This document shows positions 25,459-36,924 of a stretch of 64,000 nt of DNA, one piece after another (the first letter of the stretch is position 1; every line of letters begins with the position of its first letter). The DNA lies in the NCBI RefSeq assembly GCF_017348835.2, contig NZ_CP071375.1. One strand, given 5' to 3'. The DNA is from Escherichia coli. GTDB taxonomy: Bacteria > Pseudomonadota > Gammaproteobacteria > Enterobacterales > Enterobacteriaceae. Under the pieces are notes generated by a model. The model had not been told where the DNA came from and did not search any database. It worked only from the letters and a program-made list of their open reading frames with translations. Made by a program: the position numbers and the translations under genes.

Positions 25459-25928
25459 TGAATCCACTGAAAGCCGGTGATATCGCACCGAAATTTAGCT
25501 TGCCGGATCAAGACGGAGAACAAGTTAATTTGACCGACTTCCAGGGACAGCGTGTTCTGGTTTATTTCTACCCGAAAGCCATGACCCCCGGCTGTACCGT
25601 ACAGGCCTGCGGCTTACGCGATAACATGGATGAGTTGAAAAAAGCGGGCGTTGATGTGCTGGGTATCAGCACCGATAAACCCGAAAAACTCTCCCGTTTT
25701 GCGGAAAAAGAGCTGCTTAACTTCACGCTCCTGTCTGATGAGGACCACCAGGTGTGCGAGCAATTCGGCGTCTGGGGGGAAAAGTCCTTCATGGGCAAAA
25801 CCTACGATGGTATTCATCGCATCAGCTTCCTGATTGACGCTGATGGCAAAATCGAACATGTCTTTGACGATTTCAAAACCAGCAATCACCACGACGTTGT
25901 GCTGAACTGGCTGAAAGAACACGCCTGA
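25458..25928 (+). CDS. bcp: Thiol peroxidase (peroxiredoxin) Bcp
   Basis: 156-aa ORF with peroxiredoxin motif FYPKAMTPGCT. Confidence 0.95.
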   Translation: MNPLKAGDIAPKFSLPDQDGEQVNLTDFQGQRVLVYFYPKAMTPGCTVQACGLRDNMDELKKAGVDVLGISTDKPEKLSRFAEKELLNFTLLSDEDHQVCEQFGVWGEKSFMGKTYDGIHRISFLIDADGKIEHVFDDFKTSNHHDVVLNWLKEHA

Positions 25929-26123
25929 TTACTTTGCTCCATTCCGTGCTGGCTGCGCTTGTGGTCAGCACACCTCACTTCTCGTGACCAAGATCACATT
26001 CTCACTTTCCCCTGCGACACGGGTGTCGAATCCATTTTTTGCTGAACGTTAATGACCATCATTTTTGTACCGTTCAGAATCCAGTTAATTCATAACTTAT
26101 TGAATATATTAAATTAATAAGAC

Positions 26124-26139
26124 TGGCATCCTTTATGCA
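26124..26139 (+). promoter_or_regulatory. Sigma-54 (-24/-12) promoter of the hyf operon
   Basis: TGGCATCCTTTATGCA: GG and GC elements at the canonical spacing, about 45 bp upstream of the hyfA start. Confidence 0.7.
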
Positions 26140-26180
26140 ATATGAAATGTAATGTTTCATATCATTTTCAAGGAGCCGAC

Positions 26181-26798
26181 ATGAACCGCTTTGTGGTGGC
26201 CGAACCAATGTGGTGTACAGGATGTAATACCTGTCTCGCTGCCTGTTCGGACGTGCATAAAACGCAAGGTTTACAGCAACACCCGCGCCTGGCCCTGGCG
26301 AAGACGTCAACACTCACTGCCCCTGTCGTGTGTCATCACTGTGAGGAAGCCCCTTGCCTGCAGGTCTGCCCGGTCAATGCCATCTCCCAGAGGGATGATG
26401 CGATCCAACTCAACGAAAGCCTCTGTATTGGCTGCAAGCTTTGCGCCGTGGTCTGCCCATTTGGCGCAATCAGCGCTTCAGGAAGCCGTCCGGTGAATGC
26501 CCCTGCGCAATATGTTTTTCAGGCTGAAGGCTCACTCAAAGACGGCGAAGAAAACGCGCCAACACAACATGCTTTGCTGCGCTGGGAACCGGGTGTCCAG
26601 ACCGTCGCGGTGAAATGCGACCTGTGTGATTTCTTGCCAGAAGGTCCGGCCTGCGTTCGCGCTTGCCCGAATCAGGCGTTACGGCTGATCACCGACGATA
26701 GCCTGCAACGTCAGATGAAAGAAAAACAGCGCCTTGCCGCAAGCTGGTTTGCCAATGGCGGGGAGGATCCCCTTTCCCTCACTCAGGAGCAACGCTAA
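26181..26798 (+). CDS. hyfA: Hydrogenase-4 ferredoxin-type subunit HyfA
   Basis: ORF 26142..26798; product from MNRFVVAEPMWCTGCNTCLAAC has several 4Fe-4S cysteine clusters. Confidence 0.9.
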   Translation: MNRFVVAEPMWCTGCNTCLAACSDVHKTQGLQQHPRLALAKTSTLTAPVVCHHCEEAPCLQVCPVNAISQRDDAIQLNESLCIGCKLCAVVCPFGAISASGSRPVNAPAQYVFQAEGSLKDGEENAPTQHALLRWEPGVQTVAVKCDLCDFLPEGPACVRACPNQALRLITDDSLQRQMKEKQRLAASWFANGGEDPLSLTQEQR

Positions 26799-28816
26799 TG
26801 GATGCCCTGCAATTATTAACCTGGTCGCTGATCCTCTATCTGTTTGCCAGTCTGGCTTCGCTGTTTTTACTCGGTCTGGACAGACTGGCTATTAAGCTTT
26901 CCGGCATCACATCGCTGGTGGGCGGCGTGATTGGCATTATCAGCGGAATTACGCAATTACATGCAGGCGTAACTTTAGTCGCCCGTTTTGCCACCCCTTT
27001 TGACTTTGCCGATTTAACCCTGCGAATGGATAGCCTCTCGGCATTTATGGTGCTGGTTATCTCCTTGCTGGTGGTGGTTTGTTCGCTCTATTCATTGACT
27101 TACATGCGCGAATACGAGGGCAAAGGCGCGGCGGCGATGGGCTTCTTTATGAATATTTTCATCGCATCGATGGTTGCCCTGCTGGTGATGGACAACGCTT
27201 TTTGGTTCATCGTGCTGTTTGAAATGATGTCACTGTCTTCCTGGTTTCTGGTCATTGCCAGGCAGGATAAAACGTCGATCAACGCTGGCATGCTCTACTT
27301 TTTTATCGCCCACGCCGGATCGGTGCTGATTATGATCGCCTTCTTGCTGATGGGACGCGAAAGCGGCAGCCTCGATTTTGCCAGTTTCCGCACGCTTTCA
27401 CTTTCTCCGGGGCTGGCGTCGGCGGTGTTCCTGCTGGCCTTTTTCGGTTTTGGCGCGAAAGCCGGAATGATGCCGTTGCACAGCTGGTTGCCGCGCGCTC
27501 ACCCTGCCGCACCATCGCACGCTTCGGCGTTGATGTCTGGCGTAATGGTCAAAATCGGTATTTTCGGCATCCTGAAAGTAGCGATGGATCTGCTGGCGCA
27601 AACGGGTTTGCCGCTGTGGTGGGGCATTCTGGTGATGGCGATCGGCGCAATCTCCGCGCTCCTGGGCGTGCTATATGCGCTGGCGGAACAGGATATCAAA
27701 CGGCTGCTGGCCTGGAGTACCGTCGAAAACGTCGGCATTATTTTGCTGGCAGTCGGTGTGGCGATGGTCGGTCTGTCACTGCACGACCCGCTGCTCACCG
27801 TGGTTGGACTGCTCGGCGCACTGTTTCATCTGCTCAACCATGCGCTGTTCAAAGGGCTGCTATTTCTCGGCGCGGGTGCGATTATTTCGCGTTTGCATAC
27901 CCACGACATGGAAAAAATGGGGGCACTGGCAAAACGGATGCCGTGGACAGCCGCAGCATGCCTGATTGGTTGCCTCGCGATATCAGCCCTTCCTCCGCTG
28001 AATGGTTTTATCAGCGAATGGTACACCTGGCAGTCGCTGTTCTCACTAAGTCGTGTGGAAGCCGTAGCGCTACAACTTGCGGGTCCTATTGCTATGGTAA
28101 TGCTGGCAGTCACTGGTGGGCTGGCAGTAATGTGCTTCGTAAAAATGTACGGTATTACTTTCTGTGGTGCGCCGCGCAGTACACACGCTGAAGAGGCACA
28201 GGAAGTGCCAAATACGATGATCGTCGCCATGCTACTGCTCGCGGCACTCTGCGTATTAATTGCGCTTAGTGCCAGTTGGCTGGCACCGAAGATAATGCAT
28301 ATTGCCCATGCGTTTACCAATACCCCTCCCGTCACTGTCGCCAGCGGAATAGCACTTGTACCCGGCACGTTTCATACACAGGTCACCCCCTCATTACTGT
28401 TGCTGTTACTACTGGCGATGCCTTTGCTGCCTGGCCTTTACTGGCTGTGGTGTCGTTCGCGCCGCGCAGCGTTTCGTCGCACAGGAGATGCCTGGGCATG
28501 CGGCTACAGCTGGGAAAACGCGATGGCTCCGTCAGGCAATGGCGTGATGCAGCCGCTGCGTGTGGTCTTCTCTGCGTTATTTCGTCTACGACAACAGCTC
28601 GACCCTACGCTGAGGCTAAATAAAGGTCTTGCGCACGTCACCGCCAGGGCTCAGAGCACAGAACCCTTCTGGGATGAGCGGGTGATCCGCCCCATCGTGA
28701 GCGCCACCCAACGGCTGGCCAAAGAAATACAGCATCTGCAAAGCGGCGACTTTCGTCTCTATTGCCTGTATGTGGTCGCCGCACTGGTTGTGCTGCTAAT
28801 CGCTATTGCCGTCTAA
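26798..28816 (+). CDS. hyfB: Hydrogenase-4 membrane subunit HyfB (NuoL/antiporter-like)
   Basis: 672-aa polytopic membrane protein with the proton-pumping antiporter-like signature WLPRAHPAAPS. Confidence 0.9.
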   Translation: MDALQLLTWSLILYLFASLASLFLLGLDRLAIKLSGITSLVGGVIGIISGITQLHAGVTLVARFATPFDFADLTLRMDSLSAFMVLVISLLVVVCSLYSLTYMREYEGKGAAAMGFFMNIFIASMVALLVMDNAFWFIVLFEMMSLSSWFLVIARQDKTSINAGMLYFFIAHAGSVLIMIAFLLMGRESGSLDFASFRTLSLSPGLASAVFLLAFFGFGAKAGMMPLHSWLPRAHPAAPSHASALMSGVMVKIGIFGILKVAMDLLAQTGLPLWWGILVMAIGAISALLGVLYALAEQDIKRLLAWSTVENVGIILLAVGVAMVGLSLHDPLLTVVGLLGALFHLLNHALFKGLLFLGAGAIISRLHTHDMEKMGALAKRMPWTAAACLIGCLAISALPPLNGFISEWYTWQSLFSLSRVEAVALQLAGPIAMVMLAVTGGLAVMCFVKMYGITFCGAPRSTHAEEAQEVPNTMIVAMLLLAALCVLIALSASWLAPKIMHIAHAFTNTPPVTVASGIALVPGTFHTQVTPSLLLLLLLAMPLLPGLYWLWCRSRRAAFRRTGDAWACGYSWENAMAPSGNGVMQPLRVVFSALFRLRQQLDPTLRLNKGLAHVTARAQSTEPFWDERVIRPIVSATQRLAKEIQHLQSGDFRLYCLYVVAALVVLLIAIAV

Positions 28817-28826
28817 GGAAATCACC

Positions 28827-29774
28827 ATGAGACAAACTCTTTGCGACGGATATCTGGTCATTTTTGCGTTAGCACAGGCCGTGATTCTGCTGATGCTAAC
28901 CCCACTTTTTACGGGTATTTCCCGGCAGATACGCGCGCGTATGCACTCCCGCCGCGGGCCTGGGATCTGGCAGGATTATCGCGATATCCACAAACTGTTT
29001 AAACGCCAGGAAGTTGCGCCGACATCTTCAGGTCTGATGTTCCGCCTGATGCCGTGGGTATTAATCAGCAGCATGCTGGTGCTGGCGATGGCCCTACCAC
29101 TATTTATTACCGTTTCCCCTTTTGCGGGCGGCGGCGATCTGATCACCCTTATCTATCTTCTTGCCCTGTTTCGTTTTTTCTTTGCTCTTTCAGGGCTGGA
29201 TACCGGAAGCCCGTTTGCGGGAGTCGGTGCCAGTCGCGAGTTGACGCTCGGCATTCTGGTCGAACCCATGCTCATTCTCTCACTGCTGGTATTGGCGCTG
29301 ATAGCGGATTCCACGCATATCGAGATGATCAGCAATACGCTGGCGATGGGCTGGAACTCGCCGCTAACCACCGTACTGGCGTTACTGGCCTGTGGTTTTG
29401 CCTGCTTCATTGAGATGGGAAAAATTCCCTTTGATGTTGCTGAAGCAGAACAGGAATTACAGGAAGGCCCGCTGACCGAATATTCCGGTGCCGGGCTGGC
29501 GCTGGCGAAATGGGGGCTGGGGCTGAAACAGGTCGTGATGGCAGCACTGTTTGTGGCCCTGTTTCTGCCCTTTGGGCGCGCGCAAGAACTTTCTCTCGCC
29601 TGCCTGCTGACTTCACTTGTCGTTACGCTGCTCAAGGTTTTGCTGATTTTTGTACTGGCCTCAATCGCAGAAAACACGCTGGCACGCGGGCGTTTTTTAC
29701 TCATTCACCATGTGACCTGGCTTGGCTTCAGCCTTGCTGCGCTTGCATGGGTCTTCTGGTTAACCGGTCTGTAA
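28827..29774 (+). CDS. hyfC: Hydrogenase-4 membrane subunit HyfC (NuoH-like)
   Basis: ORF 28806..29774; 315-aa membrane protein from MRQTLCDGYLVIFALAQ. Confidence 0.9.
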   Translation: MRQTLCDGYLVIFALAQAVILLMLTPLFTGISRQIRARMHSRRGPGIWQDYRDIHKLFKRQEVAPTSSGLMFRLMPWVLISSMLVLAMALPLFITVSPFAGGGDLITLIYLLALFRFFFALSGLDTGSPFAGVGASRELTLGILVEPMLILSLLVLALIADSTHIEMISNTLAMGWNSPLTTVLALLACGFACFIEMGKIPFDVAEAEQELQEGPLTEYSGAGLALAKWGLGLKQVVMAALFVALFLPFGRAQELSLACLLTSLVVTLLKVLLIFVLASIAENTLARGRFLLIHHVTWLGFSLAALAWVFWLTGL

Positions 29775-29790
29775 GGAGCACTGACGGAAT

Positions 29791-31230
29791 ATGGAAAATC
29801 TTGCTCTGACGACGTTAATGCTGCCTTTTATCGGCGCACTGGTCGTTTCGTTTTCGCCACAACGTCGGGCCGCCGAATGGGGGGTTTTGTTCGCCGCGCT
29901 GACCACGCTGTGCATGTTGTCGCTGATCTCCGCGTTTTATCAGGCCGATAAAGTTGCCGTCACGTTGACGTTGGTCAACGTGGGGGATGTGGCATTGTTT
30001 GGCCTGCTCATTGATCGCGTGAGTACGCTGATTCTGTTTGTGGTGGTGTTTCTCGGTTTGCTGGTCACGATCTACTCCACGGGTTATCTGACGGATAAAA
30101 ATCGCGAACACCCGCATAACGGCACGAATCGTTATTACGCATTTTTGCTGGTGTTTATCGGCGCGATGGCGGGACTGGTACTCTCCTCGACGCTGCTCGG
30201 TCAGTTGTTGTTTTTTGAAATTACGGGCGGCTGCTCCTGGGCGTTGATCAGTTATTATCAGAGCGATAAAGCGCAGCGTTCAGCACTAAAAGCGTTGCTT
30301 ATCACCCATATCGGTTCGTTGGGGTTGTATCTTGCCGCCGCCACGCTGTTTTTGCAGACCGGAACGTTTGCGCTTAGCGCGATGAGCGAGTTACACGGCG
30401 ACGCACGTTATCTGGTTTATGGCGGCATCCTGTTTGCCGCGTGGGGGAAATCGGCCCAGCTACCGATGCAAGCGTGGCTACCGGACGCAATGGAAGCGCC
30501 AACACCGATCAGCGCCTATCTCCACGCCGCATCGATGGTGAAAGTGGGCGTTTACATTTTTGCCCGCGCCATTATCGACGGCGGCAATATCCCGCATGTG
30601 ATTGGCGGTGTTGGCATGGTCATGGCCCTGGTCACCATTCTTTATGGCTTCCTGATGTATTTGCCACAGCAGGATATGAAGCGGTTGCTGGCCTGGTCGA
30701 CCATCACTCAACTTGGCTGGATGTTCTTCGGCTTGTCGCTCTCCATCTTCGGCTCGCGGCTGGCGCTGGAGGGTAGCATCGCCTACATCGTCAACCACGC
30801 GTTCGCTAAAAGCCTGTTTTTCCTTGTAGCAGGTGCGCTGAGTTACAGCTGCGGCACGCGCTTGTTGCCGCGTCTGCGTGGCGTATTGCACACCCTGCCG
30901 TTGCCAGGCGTGGGTTTCTGCGTAGCAGCGCTGGCGATTACCGGTGTGCCGCCGTTCAACGGCTTCTTCAGTAAATTCCCGCTGTTTGCCGCCGGTTTTG
31001 CGTTGTCAGTGGAGTACTGGATCCTGCTGCCCGCCATGATTCTGCTGATGATTGAATCGGTCGCCAGTTTCGCCTGGTTTATTCGCTGGTTTGGTCGCGT
31101 CGTGCCGGGCAAACCGAGCGAGGCCGTCGCCGATGCCGCACCGCTGCCAGGGTCAATGCGCCTGGTGTTGATTGTACTGATTGTGATGTCGCTGATTTCC
31201 AGCGTAATCGCCGCGACCTGGTTGCAGTAA
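29791..31230 (+). CDS. hyfD: Hydrogenase-4 membrane subunit HyfD (antiporter-like)
   Basis: 479-aa polytopic membrane protein with WLPDAMEAPTPISAYLHAA motif. Confidence 0.9.
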   Translation: MENLALTTLMLPFIGALVVSFSPQRRAAEWGVLFAALTTLCMLSLISAFYQADKVAVTLTLVNVGDVALFGLLIDRVSTLILFVVVFLGLLVTIYSTGYLTDKNREHPHNGTNRYYAFLLVFIGAMAGLVLSSTLLGQLLFFEITGGCSWALISYYQSDKAQRSALKALLITHIGSLGLYLAAATLFLQTGTFALSAMSELHGDARYLVYGGILFAAWGKSAQLPMQAWLPDAMEAPTPISAYLHAASMVKVGVYIFARAIIDGGNIPHVIGGVGMVMALVTILYGFLMYLPQQDMKRLLAWSTITQLGWMFFGLSLSIFGSRLALEGSIAYIVNHAFAKSLFFLVAGALSYSCGTRLLPRLRGVLHTLPLPGVGFCVAALAITGVPPFNGFFSKFPLFAAGFALSVEYWILLPAMILLMIESVASFAWFIRWFGRVVPGKPSEAVADAAPLPGSMRLVLIVLIVMSLISSVIAATWLQ

Positions 31231-31241
31231 GGAGATGATGA

Positions 31242-31892
31242 ATGACCGGTTCTATGATCGTAAATAATCTGGCGGGACTGATGATGCTGACATCGCTGTT
31301 TGTGATTAGCGTCAAAAGCTATCGCCTGTCATGCGGATTTTACGCCTGCCAGTCGCTGGTGCTGGTGTCTATTTTCGCCACTCTCTCGTGCCTGTTCGCC
31401 GCAGAGCAACTGCTGATCTGGTCTGCCAGCGCCTTTATCACCAAAGTGCTGCTGGTACCGTTAATCATGACTTACGCTGCACGAAATATTCCCCAGAACA
31501 TCCCGGAAAAAGCGTTATTCGGTCCGGCAATGATGGCACTGCTCGCGGCGTTAATTGTCCTGCTTTGCGCATTTGTCGTTCAGCCCGTGAAGCTACCGAT
31601 GGCTACCGGGCTGAAACCGGCGCTGGCGGTAGCGTTAGGTCATTTTCTGCTTGGCCTGCTGTGCATTGTCAGCCAGCGCAATATCCTGCGGCAAATTTTT
31701 GGTTACTGCCTGATGGAAAACGGCTCCCATCTGGTGCTGGCGCTTCTTGCCTGGCGAGCACCGGAACTGGTGGAAATAGGTATCGCTACCGACGCCATCT
31801 TCGCCGTCATTGTGATGGTGTTACTGGCAAGAAAAACATGGCGTACCCACGGCACGCTGGACGTGAACAACTTGACCGCGCTGAAGGGATAA
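31242..31892 (+). CDS. hyfE: Hydrogenase-4 membrane subunit HyfE
   Basis: 216-aa hydrophobic ORF in the operon position. Confidence 0.85.
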   Translation: MTGSMIVNNLAGLMMLTSLFVISVKSYRLSCGFYACQSLVLVSIFATLSCLFAAEQLLIWSASAFITKVLLVPLIMTYAARNIPQNIPEKALFGPAMMALLAALIVLLCAFVVQPVKLPMATGLKPALAVALGHFLLGLLCIVSQRNILRQIFGYCLMENGSHLVLALLAWRAPELVEIGIATDAIFAVIVMVLLARKTWRTHGTLDVNNLTALKG

Positions 31893-31896
31893 TGAG

Positions 31897-33477
31897 ATGA
31901 GTTATTCTGTGATGTTCGCTTTACTCCTGCTCACGCCGCTGCTTTTTTCGCTGCTCTGTTTTGCCTGCCGGAAACGGGGGCACTCTGCGACTCGCGCGGT
32001 GACAGTATTACATAGCTTAGGGATCACACTACTGCTGATTCTGGCACTCTGGGTGGTCCAAACCGCCGCTGATGCGGGAGAAATATTCGCTGCGGGACTG
32101 TGGCTTCATATTGATGGTCTGGGCGGTTTGTTCCTCGCCATTCTTGGTGTGATTGGCTTTCTTACCGGTGTTTACTCGATTGGCTACATGCGTCATGAAG
32201 TGGAGCACGGCGAGCTTTCACCCGTTACGCTGTGCGATTACTACGGTTTCTTCCATCTGTTTTTGTTCACCATGCTGCTGGTTGTTACCAGCAATAACCT
32301 GATTGTGATGTGGGCGGCGATCGAAGCCACCACCTTAAGCTCGGCGTTTCTGGTAGGCATTTACGGTCAGCGTTCATCGCTGGAAGCTGCATGGAAGTAC
32401 ATCATTATTTGTACTGTTGGTGTCGCTTTTGGTCTGTTCGGTACCGTGCTGGTATACGCCAACGCCGCCAGCGTTATGCCGCAGGCAGAAATGGCGATAT
32501 TCTGGAGCGAGGTTCTTAAGCAATCGTCCTTGCTTGATCCAACATTAATGCTGTTGGCCTTTGTGTTTGTGCTAATTGGCTTTGGTACCAAAACCGGGCT
32601 ATTTCCCATGCACGCCTGGCTGCCGGATGCTCACAGTGAAGCGCCGAGTCCGGTCAGCGCCCTACTCTCCGCCGTATTGCTGAACTGCGCGCTGTTGGTG
32701 CTGATTCGCTATTACATCATTATTTGCCAGGCCATCGGCAGCGATTTCCCCAACCGGTTGTTGCTCATCTTCGGCATGTTGTCGATTGCCGTGGCGGCAT
32801 TTTTCATTCTGGTACAGCGGGACATTAAGCGTCTGCTGGCGTACTCCAGCGTGGAGAACATGGGACTGGTCGCGGTGGCGCTAGGCATTGGCGGGCCGCT
32901 GGGAATTTTTGCCGCGCTGCTGCACACCTTAAACCACAGTCTAGCAAAAACGCTGCTGTTCTGCGGTTCCGGCAATGTACTGCTCAAGTACGGCACGCGC
33001 GATCTCAACGTCGTCTGTGGGATGCTCAAAATCATGCCATTTACCGCCGTGCTGTTTGGCGGCGGTGCGCTGGCGCTGGCAGGGATGCCGCCCTTCAACA
33101 TTTTTCTTAGCGAATTTATGACCGTTACCGCCGGACTGGCACGTAATCACCTGCTGATTATCGTCCTGCTGTTATTGCTGTTAACGCTGGTGCTGGCGGG
33201 CCTGGTACGGATGGCTGCGCGGGTGTTAATGGCGAAACCGCCGCAGGCCGTTAACCGGGGTGATCTCGGCTGGTTGACCACCTCGCCAATGGTGATTCTG
33301 CTGGTCATGATGCTGGCGATGGGAACGCATATTCCACAACCTGTCATCAGGATCCTGGCGGGCGCTTCCACTATAGTCCTCTCAGGGACGCACGACCTGC
33401 CTGCACAACGTAGTACCTGGCATGATTTTTTGCCTTCAGGCACCGCATCTGTTTCGGAGAAACACAGTGAACGTTAA
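31897..33477 (+). CDS. hyfF: Hydrogenase-4 membrane subunit HyfF (antiporter-like)
   Basis: 526-aa polytopic membrane protein with [19 protein letters not shown] motif. Confidence 0.9.
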   Translation: MSYSVMFALLLLTPLLFSLLCFACRKRGHSATRAVTVLHSLGITLLLILALWVVQTAADAGEIFAAGLWLHIDGLGGLFLAILGVIGFLTGVYSIGYMRHEVEHGELSPVTLCDYYGFFHLFLFTMLLVVTSNNLIVMWAAIEATTLSSAFLVGIYGQRSSLEAAWKYIIICTVGVAFGLFGTVLVYANAASVMPQAEMAIFWSEVLKQSSLLDPTLMLLAFVFVLIGFGTKTGLFPMHAWLPDAHSEAPSPVSALLSAVLLNCALLVLIRYYIIICQAIGSDFPNRLLLIFGMLSIAVAAFFILVQRDIKRLLAYSSVENMGLVAVALGIGGPLGIFAALLHTLNHSLAKTLLFCGSGNVLLKYGTRDLNVVCGMLKIMPFTAVLFGGGALALAGMPPFNIFLSEFMTVTAGLARNHLLIIVLLLLLLTLVLAGLVRMAARVLMAKPPQAVNRGDLGWLTTSPMVILLVMMLAMGTHIPQPVIRILAGASTIVLSGTHDLPAQRSTWHDFLPSGTASVSEKHSER

Positions 33478-35182
33478 TTCATCGTCAAATCGTGGCGAAG
33501 CGATTCTCGCCGCCCTGAAAACGCAGTTCCCCGGCGCGGTGCTGGATGAAGAGCGACAAACGCCTGAACAGGTCACCATTACGGTGAAAATCAATCTGCT
33601 GCCTGACGTTGTGCATTATCTTTATTATCAACATGATGGCTGGCTTCCGGTCCTGTTTGGCAACGACGAGCGGACACTTAACGGTCATTACGCGGTTTAT
33701 TATGCCCTTTCTATGGAAGGGGCCGAAAAATGCTGGATCGTGGTGAAGGCACTGGTCGATGCCGACAGTCGGGAGTTTCCGTCAGTCACACCGCGCGTCC
33801 CTGCCGCGGTCTGGGGCGAGCGAGAAATTCGCGATATGTACGGGCTGATTCCGGTTGGCCTGCCGGATCAGCGTCGCCTGGTGTTGCCCGATGACTGGCC
33901 GGAAGATATGCATCCGCTACGCAAAGATGCGATGGATTATCGACTGCGCCCTGAACCGACGACTGATTCCGAAACGTATCCGTTTATCAATGAGGGCAAC
34001 AGCGATGCGCGGGTGATCCCTGTCGGCCCGCTGCATATCACCTCCGATGAACCGGGTCACTTCCGCTTGTTTGTGGATGGCGAGCAAATTGTCGATGCTG
34101 ATTACCGCCTGTTTTATGTCCATCGCGGCATGGAGAAACTGGCAGAAACGCGGATGGGCTACAACGAAGTGACTTTCTTATCGGACCGCGTGTGTGGGAT
34201 TTGCGGTTTTGCCCACAGTGTGGCCTATACCAACTCGGTTGAAAATGCACTGGGGATTGAGGTGCCGCAACGAGCGCATACCATTCGCTCGATTCTGCTG
34301 GAAGTCGAACGGCTACACAGTCATTTGCTCAACCTTGGCCTCTCCTGCCATTTTGTTGGATTTGATACCGGCTTTATGCAATTTTTCCGCGTGCGGGAAA
34401 AGTCAATGACAATGGCGGAATTGCTGACCGGGTCGCGTAAAACCTACGGTCTGAATCTGATTGGTGGTGTTCGCCGCGATATTCTCAAAGAGCAACGTCT
34501 GCAAACGCTGAAACTGGTGCGCGAGATGCGCGCCGACGTGTCGGAGCTGGTAGAAATGCTGCTTGCCACGCCGAATATGGAACAACGCACTCAGGGCATT
34601 GGCATTCTCGACCGACAAATCGCCCGTGATTATAGCCCTGTAGGGCCGCTGATCCGCGGCAGTGGTTTTGCCCGTGATTTGCGCTTTGATCACCCCTACG
34701 CCGACTACGGCAATATTCCAAAAACACTGTTTACCTTTACTGGCGGCGATGTCTTCTCCCGCGTGATGGTCCGTGTCAAAGAGACGTTTGATTCGCTGGC
34801 AATGCTGGAATTTGCCCTCGACAACATGCCGGATACCCCACTGCTGACCGAAGGCTTTAGCTATAAACCTCACGCATTCGCGCTGGGCTTTGTTGAAGCG
34901 CCACGCGGTGAAGACGTGCACTGGAGCATGCTCGGTGATAACCAAAAATTGTTCCGCTGGCGCTGTCGTGCCGCCACCTACGCCAACTGGCCGGTGCTGC
35001 GTTACATGCTACGCGGCAATACCGTTTCTGACGCACCGCTGATTATCGGTAGCCTTGATCCCTGCTACTCCTGTACCGACCGTGTGACGCTGGTAGATGT
35101 GCGCAAGCGCCAGTCAAAAACCGTGCCGTATAAAGAGATCGAACGCTACGGCATTGATCGTAACCGTTCGCCGCTGAAGTAA
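33467..35182 (+). CDS. hyfG: Hydrogenase-4 large (NiFe) subunit HyfG
   Basis: NuoCD/HycE-like ORF; the ORF track starts at 33422 inside hyfF; I place the start at the GTG at 33467 ([14 protein letters not shown]), which is uncertain. Confidence 0.85.
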   Translation: MNVNSSSNRGEAILAALKTQFPGAVLDEERQTPEQVTITVKINLLPDVVHYLYYQHDGWLPVLFGNDERTLNGHYAVYYALSMEGAEKCWIVVKALVDADSREFPSVTPRVPAAVWGEREIRDMYGLIPVGLPDQRRLVLPDDWPEDMHPLRKDAMDYRLRPEPTTDSETYPFINEGNSDARVIPVGPLHITSDEPGHFRLFVDGEQIVDADYRLFYVHRGMEKLAETRMGYNEVTFLSDRVCGICGFAHSVAYTNSVENALGIEVPQRAHTIRSILLEVERLHSHLLNLGLSCHFVGFDTGFMQFFRVREKSMTMAELLTGSRKTYGLNLIGGVRRDILKEQRLQTLKLVREMRADVSELVEMLLATPNMEQRTQGIGILDRQIARDYSPVGPLIRGSGFARDLRFDHPYADYGNIPKTLFTFTGGDVFSRVMVRVKETFDSLAMLEFALDNMPDTPLLTEGFSYKPHAFALGFVEAPRGEDVHWSMLGDNQKLFRWRCRAATYANWPVLRYMLRGNTVSDAPLIIGSLDPCYSCTDRVTLVDVRKRQSKTVPYKEIERYGIDRNRSPLK

Positions 35183-35191
35183 GGACAGAAG

Positions 35192-35737
35192 ATGCTGAAG
35201 TTACTGAAAACTATTATGCGCGCCGGAACCGCGACGGTGAAATATCCCTTCGCGCCACTGGAGGTCAGCCCAGGCTTTCGCGGGAAACCGGACCTGATGC
35301 CCAGCCAATGTATTGCCTGCGGTGCCTGCGCCTGTGCTTGTCCGGCAAATGCGCTGACTATCCAGACCGACGACCAGCAAAATTCGCGCACCTGGCAGCT
35401 CTATCTGGGGCGTTGTATTTACTGCGGACGTTGTGAAGAAGTGTGCCCGACCAGAGCCATTCAGCTTACCGATAACTTTGAACTGACCGTCACCAATAAA
35501 GCCGATCTCTATACCCGCGCGACGTTCCATCTACAACGTTGCAACCGTTGCGAACGCCCGTTTGCCCCGCAAAAAACCGTCGCACTGGCTGCTGAATTGT
35601 TGGCACAGCAACAAAATGCGCCACAAAACCGCGAAATGTTGCGGGCGCAAGCGAGCGTCTGCCCGGAGTGCAAACAACGCGCGACGCTGATCAACGACGA
35701 TACAGATGTACCGCTGGTGGCTAAGGAGCAGCTATGA
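35192..35737 (+). CDS. hyfH: Hydrogenase-4 ferredoxin subunit HyfH
   Basis: 181-aa ORF with two CxxCxxCxxxCP motifs. Confidence 0.9.
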   Translation: MLKLLKTIMRAGTATVKYPFAPLEVSPGFRGKPDLMPSQCIACGACACACPANALTIQTDDQQNSRTWQLYLGRCIYCGRCEEVCPTRAIQLTDNFELTVTNKADLYTRATFHLQRCNRCERPFAPQKTVALAAELLAQQQNAPQNREMLRAQASVCPECKQRATLINDDTDVPLVAKEQL

Positions 35738-36492
35738 GTCCAGTGCTTACACAACATGTCAGCCAGCCCATCACGCTGGACGAGCAAACGCAAAAGATGA
35801 AGCGGCATTTGCTACAGGATATCCGTCGCTCGGCTTACGTTTATCGCGTCGATTGCGGCGGCTGCAACGCCTGTGAAATCGAAATTTTTGCCGCCATCAC
35901 ACCCTTATTCGACGCAGAACGTTTTGGCATTAAGGTTGTTTCATCACCGCGTCACGCCGATATTTTGTTATTTACTGGCGCAGTCACCCGGGCGATGCGT
36001 ATGCCTGCACTTCGGGCGTATGAGTCTGCCCCCGATCATAAAATCTGTGTTTCCTACGGCGCGTGCGGTGTCGGCGGCGGTATTTTCCACGATCTCTACA
36101 GCGTCTGGGGCGGCAGCGACACCATTGTCCCCATTGATGTTTGGATCCCCGGCTGCCCGCCAACACCGGCCGCCACCATTCACGGTTTCGCCGTGGCGCT
36201 CGGTTTGCTGCAACAGAAGATTCACGCGGTGGATTATCGCGATCCCACCGGGGTGACTATGCAACCGTTGTGGCCGCAGATCCCGCCATCACAGCGTATC
36301 GCCATTGAGCGAGAAGCGCGGCGGCTGGCGGGCTATCGTCAGGGGCGAGAAATTTGCGATCGGCTCCTGCGCCATTTAAGCGACGATCCTACAGGAAATC
36401 GGGTTAACACCTGGTTGCGCGATGCCGACGATCCACGTCTCAATAGTATCGTTCAGCAACTCTTTCGCGTACTCCGGGGGTTACATGACTGA
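35734..36492 (+). CDS. hyfI: Hydrogenase-4 small subunit HyfI (NuoB-like)
   Basis: 252-aa ORF with NuoB-like cysteine pattern ([10 protein letters not shown] ... GCPP). Confidence 0.9.
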   Translation: MSPVLTQHVSQPITLDEQTQKMKRHLLQDIRRSAYVYRVDCGGCNACEIEIFAAITPLFDAERFGIKVVSSPRHADILLFTGAVTRAMRMPALRAYESAPDHKICVSYGACGVGGGIFHDLYSVWGGSDTIVPIDVWIPGCPPTPAATIHGFAVALGLLQQKIHAVDYRDPTGVTMQPLWPQIPPSQRIAIEREARRLAGYRQGREICDRLLRHLSDDPTGNRVNTWLRDADDPRLNSIVQQLFRVLRGLHD

Positions 36493-36898
36493 AGAGTGCG
36501 GGGAAATTGTTTTCTGGACGCTGCGAAAAAAGTTTGTCGCCAGTAGCGACGAGATGCCGGAACACAGCTCTCAGGTAATGTATTACTCGCTAGCTATCGG
36601 CCATCACGTTGGCGTGATTGATTGTCTGAATGTCGCCTTCCGCTGCCCACTGACGGAATACGAAGATTGGCTTGCACTGGTCGAAGAGGAGCAAGCCCGA
36701 CGTAAGATGCTGGGGGTGATGACTTTTGGTGAGATTGTTATTGACACCAGCCACACCGCCCTGTTGACCCGGGCATTCGCGCCACTGGCGGATGACGCGA
36801 CGTCTGTGTGGCAGGCGCGTAGCATTCAATTCATTCATCTGTTGGATGAAATTGTGCAGGAACCGGCCATCTATCTGATGGCCAGAAAAATTGCGTGA
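36485..36898 (+). CDS. hyfJ: Hydrogenase-4 maturation/accessory protein HyfJ
   Basis: ORF 36422..36898; 137-aa product from [16 protein letters not shown]. Confidence 0.85.
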   Translation: MTEECGEIVFWTLRKKFVASSDEMPEHSSQVMYYSLAIGHHVGVIDCLNVAFRCPLTEYEDWLALVEEEQARRKMLGVMTFGEIVIDTSHTALLTRAFAPLADDATSVWQARSIQFIHLLDEIVQEPAIYLMARKIA

Positions 36899-36924
36899 GA
36901 AGGATTTCTCATTAATAAGGACTG

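Noticed and set aside
33422-33466. Upstream Met start for hyfG given by the ORF track (586-aa product)
   Set aside because: It would overlap hyfF by 56 bp and add a non-conserved leader; the GTG at 33467 giving [11 protein letters not shown] is preferred, though unverified.
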